Shown piece by piece: positions 42,801 to 52,096 of a DNA stretch of 64,000 nucleotides. Position 1 is the stretch's first letter. Every line of letters starts with the position of its first letter. The notes below the pieces were generated by a model, which searched no databases, was not told where the DNA came from, and saw only the letters and a list, made by a program, of their open reading frames with translations. The stretch lies in contig JBJXFH010000102.1 of the NCBI GenBank assembly GCA_046155365.1, forward strand, positions 17,651-81,650, given 5' to 3'. The position numbers and the translations under genes were made by a program. The stretch is from Acidimicrobiales bacterium (GTDB lineage Bacteria; Actinomycetota; Acidimicrobiia; Acidimicrobiales; CAIXPF01).

Positions 42801-45800
42801 GTGGGGGAGGTCACACGGACCACAGCAACGGTGCTGGTGACCGATCTCGTCGCGTCCACCGCACTGCGGGTTCGCCTGGGTGAGGAGGCGGCTGACGCGC
42901 TGCGTCGCAGCCACGATCGCCTGCTGGGTGAGGCGGTGGAGGCCGCCGGCGGCGTGGTGGTCAAAGGCAGTGGTGACGGCATCTTGGCCCGGTTCCAATC
43001 CGCCGCGGACGGACTCGACGCCGCGGTGGCCGCTCAACGGTCTTTGGCCAACTTCAGCCGGTCCCGTCCCCCCAGCGAGCAGTTGCATATTCGCATCGGG
43101 CTCTCGGTGGGAGACGTGAGCCTGGAAGCTGGCGACTGCTTCGGCACCCCGGTGGTGGAAGCGGCCCGGCTGGAGGCGGCTGCTTCGGGCGGCCAGATCC
43201 TCTGCACTGAGCTGGTGCAGCTGATGGCCCGGGGCCGGGGTCGCCACACGATCACAGCGATGGGTTTCTTGGACTTGAAGGGGTTACCGGATCCCGTGGC
43301 GGTTTGTGAGGTCTCCTGGCAAACCCCCGACCATACCGAGCACTACGAGCTCCCGCCTGAGGTTCGCATCGAAGCCGCCAAATCCTTTGCCGGCCGCACC
43401 GAGGCCCTGAGGGAGGGCTTGGCCTTTATCGGAGATCGGTCCCGAGCACGGCTGGGCGTGATCTGGTTGGCGGGGGAGCCGGGCATCGGCAAGACCCGCT
43501 TGGCGGCGGAGATCGCGGCGAGGGCTCATGAGGGCGGTGCTCGGGTGTTGTTCGGTCGGTGTAACGAGGATCTCCATGTCGCCTACCAGCCGTTCATGGA
43601 AGCGCTGCGGGCCTTCAGCGAGGAGGTGCCCGATGACCTCCTGCCGGCCGCCCTGGGCGAAGGCGCAGGGAGATTGTCATTGTTGGCGCCGGAACTGGGG
43701 ACCCGCCATCCACAACTGGTTGCGCCCGCACGCGGCGATCCTGATACCGATCAGTATGAACTGTTCGAGGCGGTGCGACGCTGGCTGGCCGTCGCCAGTG
43801 CCGACCATCCCTTGATCGTGGTGATCGATGACGTGCAGTGGGCGTCGCCCCCGACGCGGGCGCTGTTGGAGCACGTGGCTCGCAGCGCCGCCGCCTCGGG
43901 AGCGGTTCTGCTGTGCACCGCCCGCAATACCGCCCCTGATGACAGTGAAGCTACCCGGGCCTTGCTCGAGGGGTTACGCCGGCGAGGCTTGCTGCTGATG
44001 CGAACCCTGGGTGGGCTCGAACCGGCCGACGTGGCAGCGCTGGTGGGGGGCGATGAGCTGGCCAGGGAACTGCACGCGCAGACCGAGGGCCATCCACTCT
44101 TTCTGGAAGCGATCCGGGCCGGCGGGAGTGACGTGACCAATACTGTGCAGCGCCGGTTGGCCACCTTGAGCGAATCAACCCGAGACCTGCTCGGCGTGGC
44201 GGCGCTCTCGGGGCTGAGCTTCGAGCTGTCGGTGGTGGCCCGGGCCGCGGCGCTGGACCACCCATCTGCCCTGGCCGCGGTGGAAACGGCCCTGGCCTGT
44301 GGTTTGCTCCAAGAAATTGGCGCAAATAACTTTCTGTTCAGTCACGCGCTGTTCCGTTCGACACTGATTGACACCATGTCCCGTACCCGTCGGGCTTCTC
44401 TGCACGCCGCGCTCTCCCGGGCGCTGGAAGCAGAATTGGACGATGACGGTGAGGAGATGGGCCGCGCCGCCCAGATCCTCCACCATGAGCTCAGCGCCGG
44501 ACCGGCCGGTATGGCGGATCGGATCGAGCGCTTTGGCCGGGCCGCAGCCATCTCGGCGCTGAAGGTGTTCGCCTTCGATGAAGCGGCTCGCCACTTCGGC
44601 GTCCTGGTCGCCACCAGTACCGATCCGGCGGTACAGCTGCAGGCTCGGCTCGACCAGGCTGCGGCGCTGCTTCGGGACCCGGACTTCGTAGCGGCGCAGC
44701 AGGTCTTCGGCGAGGCCGCCCACCAAGCGGCACAGTTGGGTGACGTCGGTGCCGAGGTGACCGCGTCGCTGGGTTTCGAGGATGCCGGCTGGCGTCCGGG
44801 ACTGCCGGGCGCGTCAGCGGTGGAGGTCATTGATGCCGCGTTGACCCACCACGTGCAACTTTCGGAGGCCACGTTGGTGCGGCTGCAGGCCAGCAAGGCC
44901 CGGGCGCTGGTGTTCATGGGCCGTGGTGCGCAGGCCGCAGCCCTTGCCGACGCAGCTCTGGATCGAGCTCGCCGTTGTGGTGACCCGGCGGCGCTGGCCC
45001 ATGCCCTGTTGTGCCGGATCATGGTGTTCGGCCATGGACCCGAGATCGAACAGGTGGAGGTGCTGGGCTCGGAGTTGGCGCAGCTGGCCCATGACCTCGG
45101 TGATGACGAGCTGGCCACCCACGGCGCGGATTTCAGCATGGCCGCCATTCACCGCCATAGCGCGGTGGAATTCGATCGGGCCGTGGCCCGGTTGGCATCA
45201 ATGGCGGAGCGCCGCCGCGATGTTGTGTATCAACACCATATCGTGACGTCCTTTAACATCTTTCAGGCGTTTCGCGACGGGCAGCTGGCCCGGGTCGAGG
45301 AACTCATCAGTTTCGCTGCGGACCCTGATCGATCCAGTTGGCAGGAGCCTGCTGGCCTGTACGGGCTGCGGATGTTCTTGCTGCGCCGGGAACAGTGCTG
45401 TCTGGCGGAGGTTGCGCCCAGCCTGGATCTGATGACTCGGCTGCAGCCTGACGCCGCGCTGTGGGCGCCCGGCTTCGCCCTGCTGTGTGCCGAGCTGGGT
45501 CGAATCCCCCAGGCCCGCGCCGTGTTGCGCGCGCTGGCGGCGGGCGGGTTCGCCGCGGTGGCCCATGACGGGAACCGGCTCACCAACATTCTTTTCCTGG
45601 CCGAGACCTGTTGGCTGCTGGGCGCGGTGGATGAAGCCGAGTGGGCGATTAAGCATCTGAAGCACTATCGGGGTCAAATCCCGATGGTGTGGGGGTCGGG
45701 TCTGCTGCTGGGCCCCGCGGACCGCCAGCTGGGTCTGCTCTATGTGCTGCGGGGAGATCGGGTACTGGGCGTGGAGCTGCTGGAGCAAGCGGTCGAGCTC

Positions 45801-45962
45801 AGCACCCATATCGGCTCGGTGTTGTGGCGGGCCCGCAGCCTGTGCGATCTGGGCCACGTGGCGGGACGAACGGCGGCGCTCACTGAGGCCCTGGAACTGG
45901 CCAGGGCGCATGATCTTCCGGCGGTGAGGCGGTTGGCGGCGGATCGGCTGGCAGCTCGATGA
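42801..45962 (+). CDS. class III nucleotidyl-cyclase-like domain / P-loop (AAA_16, STAND-like) NTPase / TPR-like repeat protein (paralog)
   Basis: ORF 42801-45962 (1053 aa, GTG start). Motifs VLVTDLVASTAL, KGSGDGILARF and DCFGTPVVEAARLE (43143-43175). Walker A GEPGIGKT, Walker B LIVVIDDVQWAS, and a helical repeat C-terminus. It is divergent from its paralog across a 101-bp spacer. Confidence 0.85.
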   Translation: MGEVTRTTATVLVTDLVASTALRVRLGEEAADALRRSHDRLLGEAVEAAGGVVVKGSGDGILARFQSAADGLDAAVAAQRSLANFSRSRPPSEQLHIRIGLSVGDVSLEAGDCFGTPVVEAARLEAAASGGQILCTELVQLMARGRGRHTITAMGFLDLKGLPDPVAVCEVSWQTPDHTEHYELPPEVRIEAAKSFAGRTEALREGLAFIGDRSRARLGVIWLAGEPGIGKTRLAAEIAARAHEGGARVLFGRCNEDLHVAYQPFMEALRAFSEEVPDDLLPAALGEGAGRLSLLAPELGTRHPQLVAPARGDPDTDQYELFEAVRRWLAVASADHPLIVVIDDVQWASPPTRALLEHVARSAAASGAVLLCTARNTAPDDSEATRALLEGLRRRGLLLMRTLGGLEPADVAALVGGDELARELHAQTEGHPLFLEAIRAGGSDVTNTVQRRLATLSESTRDLLGVAALSGLSFELSVVARAAALDHPSALAAVETALACGLLQEIGANNFLFSHALFRSTLIDTMSRTRRASLHAALSRALEAELDDDGEEMGRAAQILHHELSAGPAGMADRIERFGRAAAISALKVFAFDEAARHFGVLVATSTDPAVQLQARLDQAAALLRDPDFVAAQQVFGEAAHQAAQLGDVGAEVTASLGFEDAGWRPGLPGASAVEVIDAALTHHVQLSEATLVRLQASKARALVFMGRGAQAAALADAALDRARRCGDPAALAHALLCRIMVFGHGPEIEQVEVLGSELAQLAHDLGDDELATHGADFSMAAIHRHSAVEFDRAVARLASMAERRRDVVYQHHIVTSFNIFQAFRDGQLARVEELISFAADPDRSSWQEPAGLYGLRMFLLRREQCCLAEVAPSLDLMTRLQPDAALWAPGFALLCAELGRIPQARAVLRALAAGGFAAVAHDGNRLTNILFLAETCWLLGAVDEAEWAIKHLKHYRGQIPMVWGSGLLLGPADRQLGLLYVLRGDRVLGVELLEQAVELSTHIGSVLWRARSLCDLGHVAGRTAALTEALELARAHDLPAVRRLAADRLAAR

Positions 45963-45984
45963 CGGAAGGCGAGCCCGGGCGTGG

Positions 45985-47112
45985 TCAGCTGCGGGGCAGT
46001 TCGGTGGTCACACCCAGCTCGTCGGCTAGGTTTAAGAAATACGTCACAACGTCGCGGTGGTAGGGGATGCCGTTGGCGTCGCGGTCGGCTTGAGTCTCGG
46101 CTTCGGGTTGGCCGGCGTACACCACCCGGTCGGCGCCGGGGGCCGGGGGGCAGGCGGCGAGATCGTCGAGGTAGCGGTCCATCTCGTCCAAGAACCAGTC
46201 GGGGTCGCAGAAGGCATCAATGCGATAGGCGGTGCAGTGGTGGGAGATGTTGCCCACGTTGGCGTAACCCGGCCCGGTCCCCGCCAACATACCGCACAGT
46301 ATGTCAACGATCATGGCCAGGCCGTAACCCTTGTGCGAACCGAGATCGCGGGTCCCGCCCAACGGCAGCATGTGGAAGGACTCCGGCACCGGGCGAGCGT
46401 CCATGATGGGGGTGCCATCGGCTTCGGCGATCCAGCCCGGCTTCACATTGAGGCCCAAACGCTGGGCGATGCGGATCTTGTTGCCGGCCACCGAGCTCAT
46501 TGAGGCGTCGAACACGAACGGCGCCCGACTGCGGGCCGGCACCGCCACCGCGATGGGGTTGAGCCCCAACATGGGTACCGAGCCGTATGTCGGGGGGACC
46601 TGGATGCCGCCCACGGTCATGGCCACCCCCACGAACCCGGCTTGGGCCGCCAGGTGGGCGTGGTGCGCCGCAGCCCCGAAGTGCCGTCCGTTGGTCACTA
46701 CCACGGTGCCCAAACCAGCCACGCTGGCCTTGGCCATGGCCAACCGCATGGCGTCGGGAGCAACATGTAGGCCCAGACCGCCATCGGAATCCAGCGTGGC
46801 GGTCGCCGGGCTCTCCCGTATTGTGCGCACGGTCGGGGTGGCGTTGATGCGTCCGGCCCGGAGGTCTCGCACGTAGTACGGGAACATGTTGGAGACGCCG
46901 TGGCTGTCGATGCCCCGACGGTCGGCGTACAGCAGGGTGTCGGCGGACTGTTCGGCGGCCTCCGGTGACAGGCCCAGTGCTTGGAAGATGGCGCTGACGG
47001 TTGCCCCCATGGTCGGGGGCGCCACCCGCACGGCCAGTTCGGGGGGTACGGCGAAGTAGTCGTTCACCGGCCGGACGCTAATCGCCGCCTCGGTCGCGCC
47101 GACGCCCGCCAT
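45985..47112 (-). CDS. Ldh_2 family (malate/L-lactate/ureidoglycolate-type) NAD(P)H oxidoreductase
   Basis: ORF 45985-47112. Motifs LLYADRRGIDSHGV, VVVTNGRHFGAAAHHA, LPLGGTRDLGSHKGYGLAM. Confidence 0.85.
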   Translation of the reverse strand: MAGVGATEAAISVRPVNDYFAVPPELAVRVAPPTMGATVSAIFQALGLSPEAAEQSADTLLYADRRGIDSHGVSNMFPYYVRDLRAGRINATPTVRTIRESPATATLDSDGGLGLHVAPDAMRLAMAKASVAGLGTVVVTNGRHFGAAAHHAHLAAQAGFVGVAMTVGGIQVPPTYGSVPMLGLNPIAVAVPARSRAPFVFDASMSSVAGNKIRIAQRLGLNVKPGWIAEADGTPIMDARPVPESFHMLPLGGTRDLGSHKGYGLAMIVDILCGMLAGTGPGYANVGNISHHCTAYRIDAFCDPDWFLDEMDRYLDDLAACPPAPGADRVVYAGQPEAETQADRDANGIPYHRDVVTYFLNLADELGVTTELPRS

Positions 47113-47136
47113 CGCCCGCCAACGGACCCGATCCGC

Positions 47137-47997
47137 TCAGAACCCGCTGAGTTGGAACTCCACCCGGCGGTTCATCTGGCGGCCGAGGGGATCGTTGTTG
47201 TCCCCGATGGGCTGGGTTTCGCCGCGGCCCTCGGCTAGCAACCGGGCCGGGTCACCACCTCGGGCCACAATGGCGGCCAACGCGGCTTGGGCCCGCGTCT
47301 GGGACAGCACCAGGTTGGCGTGATCGTCACCCAGCTCGTCGGTGTGGCCCACGATGGCGATGCTCACCCGGGGGTTGGTGACCATCATCCCGGCCACGAA
47401 GTTGAGGACCGGTTCGAACGCCGGGGCGATATCGGCGCTGTCGAGCTCGAACAGGACCGGATCCGCCACGCGCATGGTGGTGACCCGACGGGCCGGGCGG
47501 CGGGGATCCACGAAGTACTCGTCGGTCACCACGTTCTCCGGCCCCGTCAGGGAGTTGGCCAGCGCAATCATCGCCTCGCGTTCCTCGTGGCTGTGGGCGG
47601 ACCCGTAAAGGAACAGCTTGCCGTCCTTGAACACCGCCACTTCCTGCCGATCACCCAACCAACCAGCCGCCTCCGCGGAGAGGGCGGGCAGCGGCGCGGC
47701 CACCCGTTCGCGGTGGATCAGCAGGAAGTAACTGGCGAGCCCGATGGCCCCCACCAGCACCACCGCCGCCGCAGCCAGAGCCCAACCCAGCGAATCAGCC
47801 AGGAAACCGCCCCGAACCCGCAACGACGCGACGTTCGGTTCCCGCTGATCAGTAGAGACGTCGGATCCCTCCAGGCCGCCCACCACGTCCTCGGGGACCG
47901 GCGCGTCCGGCACGTCCGGCGGGTCCGCACGGTACGTCCTGTCGGTGCTGCGAGTGCGTTCTATGCGATGCGTGCGCGGTGCATGACCCAGTGCCAT
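47137..47997 (-). CDS. OmpA/MotB-like peptidoglycan-binding domain protein, membrane anchored
   Basis: ORF 47137-47997 with a TM anchor (LGWALAAAAVVLVGAIGLASYFLLI). C-terminal IVGHTDELGDDHANLVLSQTRAQAALAAIVARGG...NRRVEFQL. Confidence 0.8.
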   Translation of the reverse strand: MALGHAPRTHRIERTRSTDRTYRADPPDVPDAPVPEDVVGGLEGSDVSTDQREPNVASLRVRGGFLADSLGWALAAAAVVLVGAIGLASYFLLIHRERVAAPLPALSAEAAGWLGDRQEVAVFKDGKLFLYGSAHSHEEREAMIALANSLTGPENVVTDEYFVDPRRPARRVTTMRVADPVLFELDSADIAPAFEPVLNFVAGMMVTNPRVSIAIVGHTDELGDDHANLVLSQTRAQAALAAIVARGGDPARLLAEGRGETQPIGDNNDPLGRQMNRRVEFQLSGF

Positions 47998-48171
47998 GGA
48001 GCTGACATCGGCCGCCGGGGGAGGGATCGGGATAGGTCCAGGGGCTCACGCGGTGATCCGCGGTCCGGGGACATGGACCGTGACGGAGCGCGGAGTACCG
48101 TTGCCCGGGTGCAACCGGACGCTGATGCTGTGGCTCGCCATCCGCACCTGGCTCAGGTGCAGCCCCCGGGC

Positions 48172-48822
48172 ATGGTGCGCGTTGACCTTCATAGCCACAC
48201 CATGCACTCCGGAGACTCCACCACCACGCTGGACGAGGTGGCTGAGGCAGTGGCATCGAGCGGTCTTGACGTGCTGTGCGTGACCGATCACAACGCCACC
48301 CGTGGTGCCCTCGAGCTGGCTGAACTGGTGGGCTGCCGGGTGGTGGTGGGCGAAGAGGTCAAGACCTATGCCGGGGAGATCATCGGGTTGTTCCTGACCG
48401 AGCGCATCCCCGGAGGGCTGCAACCGGTGGAGGTGTGCGAGCGGATCAAGGCCCAGGGCGCGCTGGTGTACATCCCCCACCCCTTCGATCCGATGCGGAA
48501 CTGTCTGCGCCAGCCGGTGCTGGAAGACCTGGTGGCCCGGGGTCTGGTGGACGCGGTGGAGGGCATCAACGGCAAGACCTCCCTCCAGCACCTCAATGAG
48601 ACGGCCCAACAGTTCGGCGTGGACCACGATCTGGCCGTCGGCGCCGGCAGTGACGCCCACGTGGCCGAGGCGCTGGGCGCGGCGTATGTCGAGATGGCAG
48701 ATTTCACTGACGCCGCTGACTTCCTGGTGCAACTCAAACGGGGTCGCTTGGTGGGCCATCACTTCGACGCGCCGCGACGCTGGCGGGCCCGGATCATCCC
48801 GTCGATTGCGGCGGAGAGCTGA
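48172..48822 (+). CDS. PHP-domain metal-dependent phosphoesterase
   Basis: Inner part of ORF 47287-48822; ATG 48172 (MVRVDLHSHTMHSGD). Motifs CVTDHN, EEVKT, YIPHPFD and GSDAH. Confidence 0.8.
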   Translation: MVRVDLHSHTMHSGDSTTTLDEVAEAVASSGLDVLCVTDHNATRGALELAELVGCRVVVGEEVKTYAGEIIGLFLTERIPGGLQPVEVCERIKAQGALVYIPHPFDPMRNCLRQPVLEDLVARGLVDAVEGINGKTSLQHLNETAQQFGVDHDLAVGAGSDAHVAEALGAAYVEMADFTDAADFLVQLKRGRLVGHHFDAPRRWRARIIPSIAAES

Positions 48823-49633
48823 TCAGGGCCACCATCAGCTGACCGTCGAGCAGTGCCGCCACCAACGCCGGGGCCTGGGAGCGGGGAACCACCACCAGCG
48901 TGGTCCGCTCCGATCCGGGCTGGAGTACGGGTTCGATCCCGGTCGGGTCTTCGTTGGTCGCCGTGGGCCCGCTGGAGCCGGCTGCGCTGACCACCTGGCC
49001 GTTCACCAGCCCATCGCGATGGATGAGTGCCACCGGAGTGCCCGAAGCAACCAGCGCGGGGGCCCACGGGATCAGCGAGGACGGCACCGGTAACGCCACC
49101 GTGTCCGGCCCCAACCAGCGCGCCATCGGCATTGACCCCGCCGGTCCCAGACGGTCCTGCACCACGATCTCGCCCGCCCCCATCGCCACCAGAGTCACCC
49201 GGCCGACCACCCCGGACGCGCGGTGCGTCCCCGTTGCGCCGTTGCTGGGGACCGCACCGGGCTCATCGGGCTGATCAGGCTCATCGGGGACGGCGCGCTG
49301 ATCAGGCTCATTGGCGGCGGGGACGGCACCTTCAGGCAGGAACGCCCGCGGCACCTCGCGGACCTGCACGTCAGTGGTGGCCAGCGTGGCGCCACCGGGC
49401 ACCGGCCGCAGGGTGACCCACACCCGGGCGGTGTCCCCCCAGGCCTGTCGCGCCGCTTGGGCCTGACGCTGGGCCTGCAGGGTCAGGGCCAACGTGGCCA
49501 CCACCAGCCCCACCGCCAACACCCAGGCTCCCGTCCCCATCGGTGAGCGCGGCGAGCCCCAGCGAGGGGGGGAGCGGGCGAGCCAAGGCAGCCGGGACCG
49601 AGCGTTAGTTGGGAGGGCGGCTGGTTGTGCCAT
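48794..49633 (-). CDS. hypothetical membrane-anchored protein, possibly SAF-domain (CpaB/RcpC-like)
   Basis: ORF 48794-49633 (alternative start Met32 at 49540) with a TM anchor (AWVLAVGLVVATLALTL). The segment ARVWVTLRPVPGGATLATTDVQVREVPRAFLPEGAV resembles SAF domains. Its 3' end overlaps the convergent PHP gene by 29 nt. The family call is tentative. Confidence 0.45.
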   Translation of the reverse strand: MAQPAALPTNARSRLPWLARSPPRWGSPRSPMGTGAWVLAVGLVVATLALTLQAQRQAQAARQAWGDTARVWVTLRPVPGGATLATTDVQVREVPRAFLPEGAVPAANEPDQRAVPDEPDQPDEPGAVPSNGATGTHRASGVVGRVTLVAMGAGEIVVQDRLGPAGSMPMARWLGPDTVALPVPSSLIPWAPALVASGTPVALIHRDGLVNGQVVSAAGSSGPTATNEDPTGIEPVLQPGSERTTLVVVPRSQAPALVAALLDGQLMVALISSPPQSTG

Positions 49634-49743
49634 GGGTGGGTCCCCGATCTGCGGCCCCGATGAGGGCGCGCCGAAGAACCGATCGTTGCGGGGAAGTCAC
49701 CGGCCGAACGCTGCCCGGTTGCCAGACGCTATCGGCGCTCGGG

Positions 49744-50532
49744 TCAGTTGGGCAAGGGCCGCGCCGCCAATGAGGCGACGGCGGCGAAGAGCACGTCCCG
49801 TACCCGGTGCAGGTTCTGCTGGAAGAACTCGAAGACCTGCTCCATGGTCACCGCCGGCACGTCAGGGTTGCCGTCCAGGCCGGCGTCGTAGTCCGTGACC
49901 AGTGCCACCCCGGCCACCGGCAACCCCGCTTCGTTGCACAGGGCGGCCTCGGGATACTGCGTCATGTTGACCACTGACCAGCCCATCTGGCCGAACCAGC
50001 GGGATTCCGCGGCGGTGGAGAAACGGGGCCCGTTGATCACCACCACCGTGCCGCCGTTGTGCACCGTGACCCCGCAGGCCTCGCAGGCCTCGACCAGCCG
50101 TTGCCGCAATCCGGCGTGGTAGGGGTGGGCCATGGCGGTGTGGTGGGCGCCGGGACCATCGAAGAAGGTGTCCGAGCGGGCCGAGGTGCGGTCCACGAAC
50201 TGGTCCACCACCACGAAGTCACCGGGGGCGATGGAGGACTGCAGCGATCCTGCCGAACACGGGGCCAACACCGCACCCACCCCGGCGTGTTTGAGGGCCC
50301 ACACGTTGGCCCGGTAGTTCACCCGATGCGCGGGGAAGTGGTGGTTGGCGCCGTGACGGGGCAGGAACGCCACCCGCAAGCCGGCCACGGTGCCGATGTG
50401 CAACGGCGACGAGGGTGGGCCGAAGGGGGTGTCGACGGTGACCTGTTCAACCTCATCGAGCAGCTCGTACAGGCCGGAGCCACCGAAGATGCCCACGTCG
50501 GCGAGGTCCGCGGAGGGTACGTCCAAGCTCAC
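49744..50532 (-). CDS. mtnP: S-methyl-5'-thioadenosine phosphorylase
   Basis: ORF 49744-50532. Motifs IFGGSGLYEL, FLPRHGANHHFPAHRVNYRANVWALK and the C-terminal VVNMTQYPEAALCNEAG. Confidence 0.9.
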   Translation of the reverse strand: MSLDVPSADLADVGIFGGSGLYELLDEVEQVTVDTPFGPPSSPLHIGTVAGLRVAFLPRHGANHHFPAHRVNYRANVWALKHAGVGAVLAPCSAGSLQSSIAPGDFVVVDQFVDRTSARSDTFFDGPGAHHTAMAHPYHAGLRQRLVEACEACGVTVHNGGTVVVINGPRFSTAAESRWFGQMGWSVVNMTQYPEAALCNEAGLPVAGVALVTDYDAGLDGNPDVPAVTMEQVFEFFQQNLHRVRDVLFAAVASLAARPLPN

Positions 50533-50540
50533 GGCAGGGG

Positions 50541-51029
50541 TCAGCTGTTGCCCGAGGAGGAGCCGGACCCGCCTGAGGAACCCGACGATGAGCCCCCGCT
50601 GCCCGAACCGCCCGATCCTGAGCCAGAGCCACCCGATCCTGAGCCACCCGATCCTGAGCCAGAGCCAGAGCCACCCGATCCTGAGCCGCCCGATCCTGAG
50701 CCTGAGCCGCCCGATCCGGACTTGCCCGAGGAATCCCCGCCCGTGCCCGAACCCGACGAGCCGGAGGAACCCGTGGATCCGCTGTCGCCAGAACCAGACG
50801 AGGACGAGGAGCCGTCCGCACCACCTGAGGCGGACGTGGAGGACTTGGACCCCCGGGCGTCGTTTTTGTAGAAGCCGGAACCCTTGAACGTCACGCCCAC
50901 GGGGGTGTACACCTTGCGCACCGCGGCGGCCTTTTCGCAGTTGCAGACCGTGAGCGGGTCATCGCTGAAGGATTGCTGCACCTCGAACTGCTTGTCGCAC
51001 TCCAGGCAGCGGTAGACGTAGGTGGGCAT
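50541..51029 (-). CDS. FmdB-family zinc-ribbon protein with ~100-aa Gly/Ser-rich C-terminal tail
   Basis: ORF 50541-51029. The N-terminus MPTYVYRCLECDKQFEVQQSFSDDPLTVCNCEK...KGSGFY is typical of the FmdB/CxxC_CxxC_SSSS family. The remainder is GS low complexity. Confidence 0.8.
   Translation of the reverse strand: MPTYVYRCLECDKQFEVQQSFSDDPLTVCNCEKAAAVRKVYTPVGVTFKGSGFYKNDARGSKSSTSASGGADGSSSSSGSGDSGSTGSSGSSGSGTGGDSSGKSGSGGSGSGSGGSGSGGSGSGSGSGGSGSGGSGSGSGGSGSGGSSSGSSGGSGSSSGNS
50611..50720. repeat. compound in-frame tandem repeat: five exact copies (plus one partial) of cccgatcctgagcc separated by (agagcc)n-type spacers
   Basis: Exact 14-mers at 50611, 50632, 50647, 50674 and 50689, with a partial copy at 50710. 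On the minus strand they encode the (GSGGS/GSGS)n tail of the zinc-ribbon protein. Confidence 0.85.
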
Positions 51030-51211
51030 CTCTAATCCTTCGTGAGCACTCGACGAGGGCGAGCGCCAAGGGTAGCGGAGCGCTCGGGCGATGCCGAAAC
51101 AGCCGGTAACCGGCAGGCGAATTCAGGCCCCGATCGGCCGTCATCGGCCCCGGAACGAGCATGATCGGCCGGCGCGCCGGGCACACTGGATCAGTGAGTT
51201 CCACGAACCCG

Positions 51212-52096
51212 ATGCGGCGCGTCCGCAAAGCCGTCATCCCCGCCGCTGGTCTGGGCACCCGCTTCCTTCCGGCCACCAAGGTGATGCCCAAAGAGATGCT
51301 GCCGGTCATCGATCGACCCGCCATCCAGGTGGTGGTGGAGGAGGCCATCAGCGCCGGCATCGAGGACATCCTCATCATCACCAGCCCGCACAAGAAGCTG
51401 GTGGAGGACCATTTCGACCGGGCCTTCGAACTGGAAACGAGGCTGGAACGCAAGGGCAAGACCAAAGAGGTGGCGGCCTTGCGGGCCCTGACCGAAGGGG
51501 CCCAGATCCACTTCGTGCGTCAAGGGGAACCGATGGGTCTGGGCCACGCGGTGTCCGTGGCCCGCCGTCACGTGGGCGACGAACCGTTCGCCGTGATGCT
51601 GCCCGACGACATCATGGTGGATAACGGCCTGGTGCTGCGGGGGATGATCGAGGCCCTGGAGCGCACCGGGGCGTCGGTGGTGGCGCTCAAGGAGTTCCCC
51701 TACTCGGAGATCTCCGCGTACGGATGCGCCGCGGTGGAGGCCCGGGAGGCCGGTTCGGACCTGGTGCGCATCACCGGGTTGGTGGAAAAGCCCAAGGCCG
51801 AGGAAGCGCCGTCCAACCTGGCCGTCATGGGCCGTTACGTGTTCACGCCCGCCATCTTCGACCATCTGGCTGACGTGCAACCCGGCGTGGGCGGCGAGAT
51901 CCAGCTCACCGACGGCATGGATCGGCTGCTGCGGGCGGAGGGGTTGTCCGGTCTGGTGTTCGTGGACGGCCGCTACGACATCGGGCAGAAGCAGGACTTT
52001 TTGCGGGCCACCGTGGAACTGGCGTTGGAGCACCCCGAGTTGGGTCCGGACTTCACGGCCTACCTCACCGATCTGGCCAAGCGTCGATTGACCTGA
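51212..52096 (+). CDS. galU: UTP--glucose-1-phosphate uridylyltransferase
   Basis: ORF 51161-52096, trimmed to ATG 51212 (MRRVRKAVIPAAGLGTRFLPATKVMPKEMLPV). Also VEKPK and GRYVFTP. Confidence 0.9.
   Translation: MRRVRKAVIPAAGLGTRFLPATKVMPKEMLPVIDRPAIQVVVEEAISAGIEDILIITSPHKKLVEDHFDRAFELETRLERKGKTKEVAALRALTEGAQIHFVRQGEPMGLGHAVSVARRHVGDEPFAVMLPDDIMVDNGLVLRGMIEALERTGASVVALKEFPYSEISAYGCAAVEAREAGSDLVRITGLVEKPKAEEAPSNLAVMGRYVFTPAIFDHLADVQPGVGGEIQLTDGMDRLLRAEGLSGLVFVDGRYDIGQKQDFLRATVELALEHPELGPDFTAYLTDLAKRRLT

Noticed and set aside
50059-50871. Plus-strand ORF encoding a striking PEPEPPDPEPPDPEPEP repeat
   Set aside because: It is the antisense reading of the Gly/Ser tail of the FmdB-type zinc-ribbon gene and of mtnP. 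The minus-strand genes have clear conserved N-terminal domains, so the PEP repeat is a mirror artefact.
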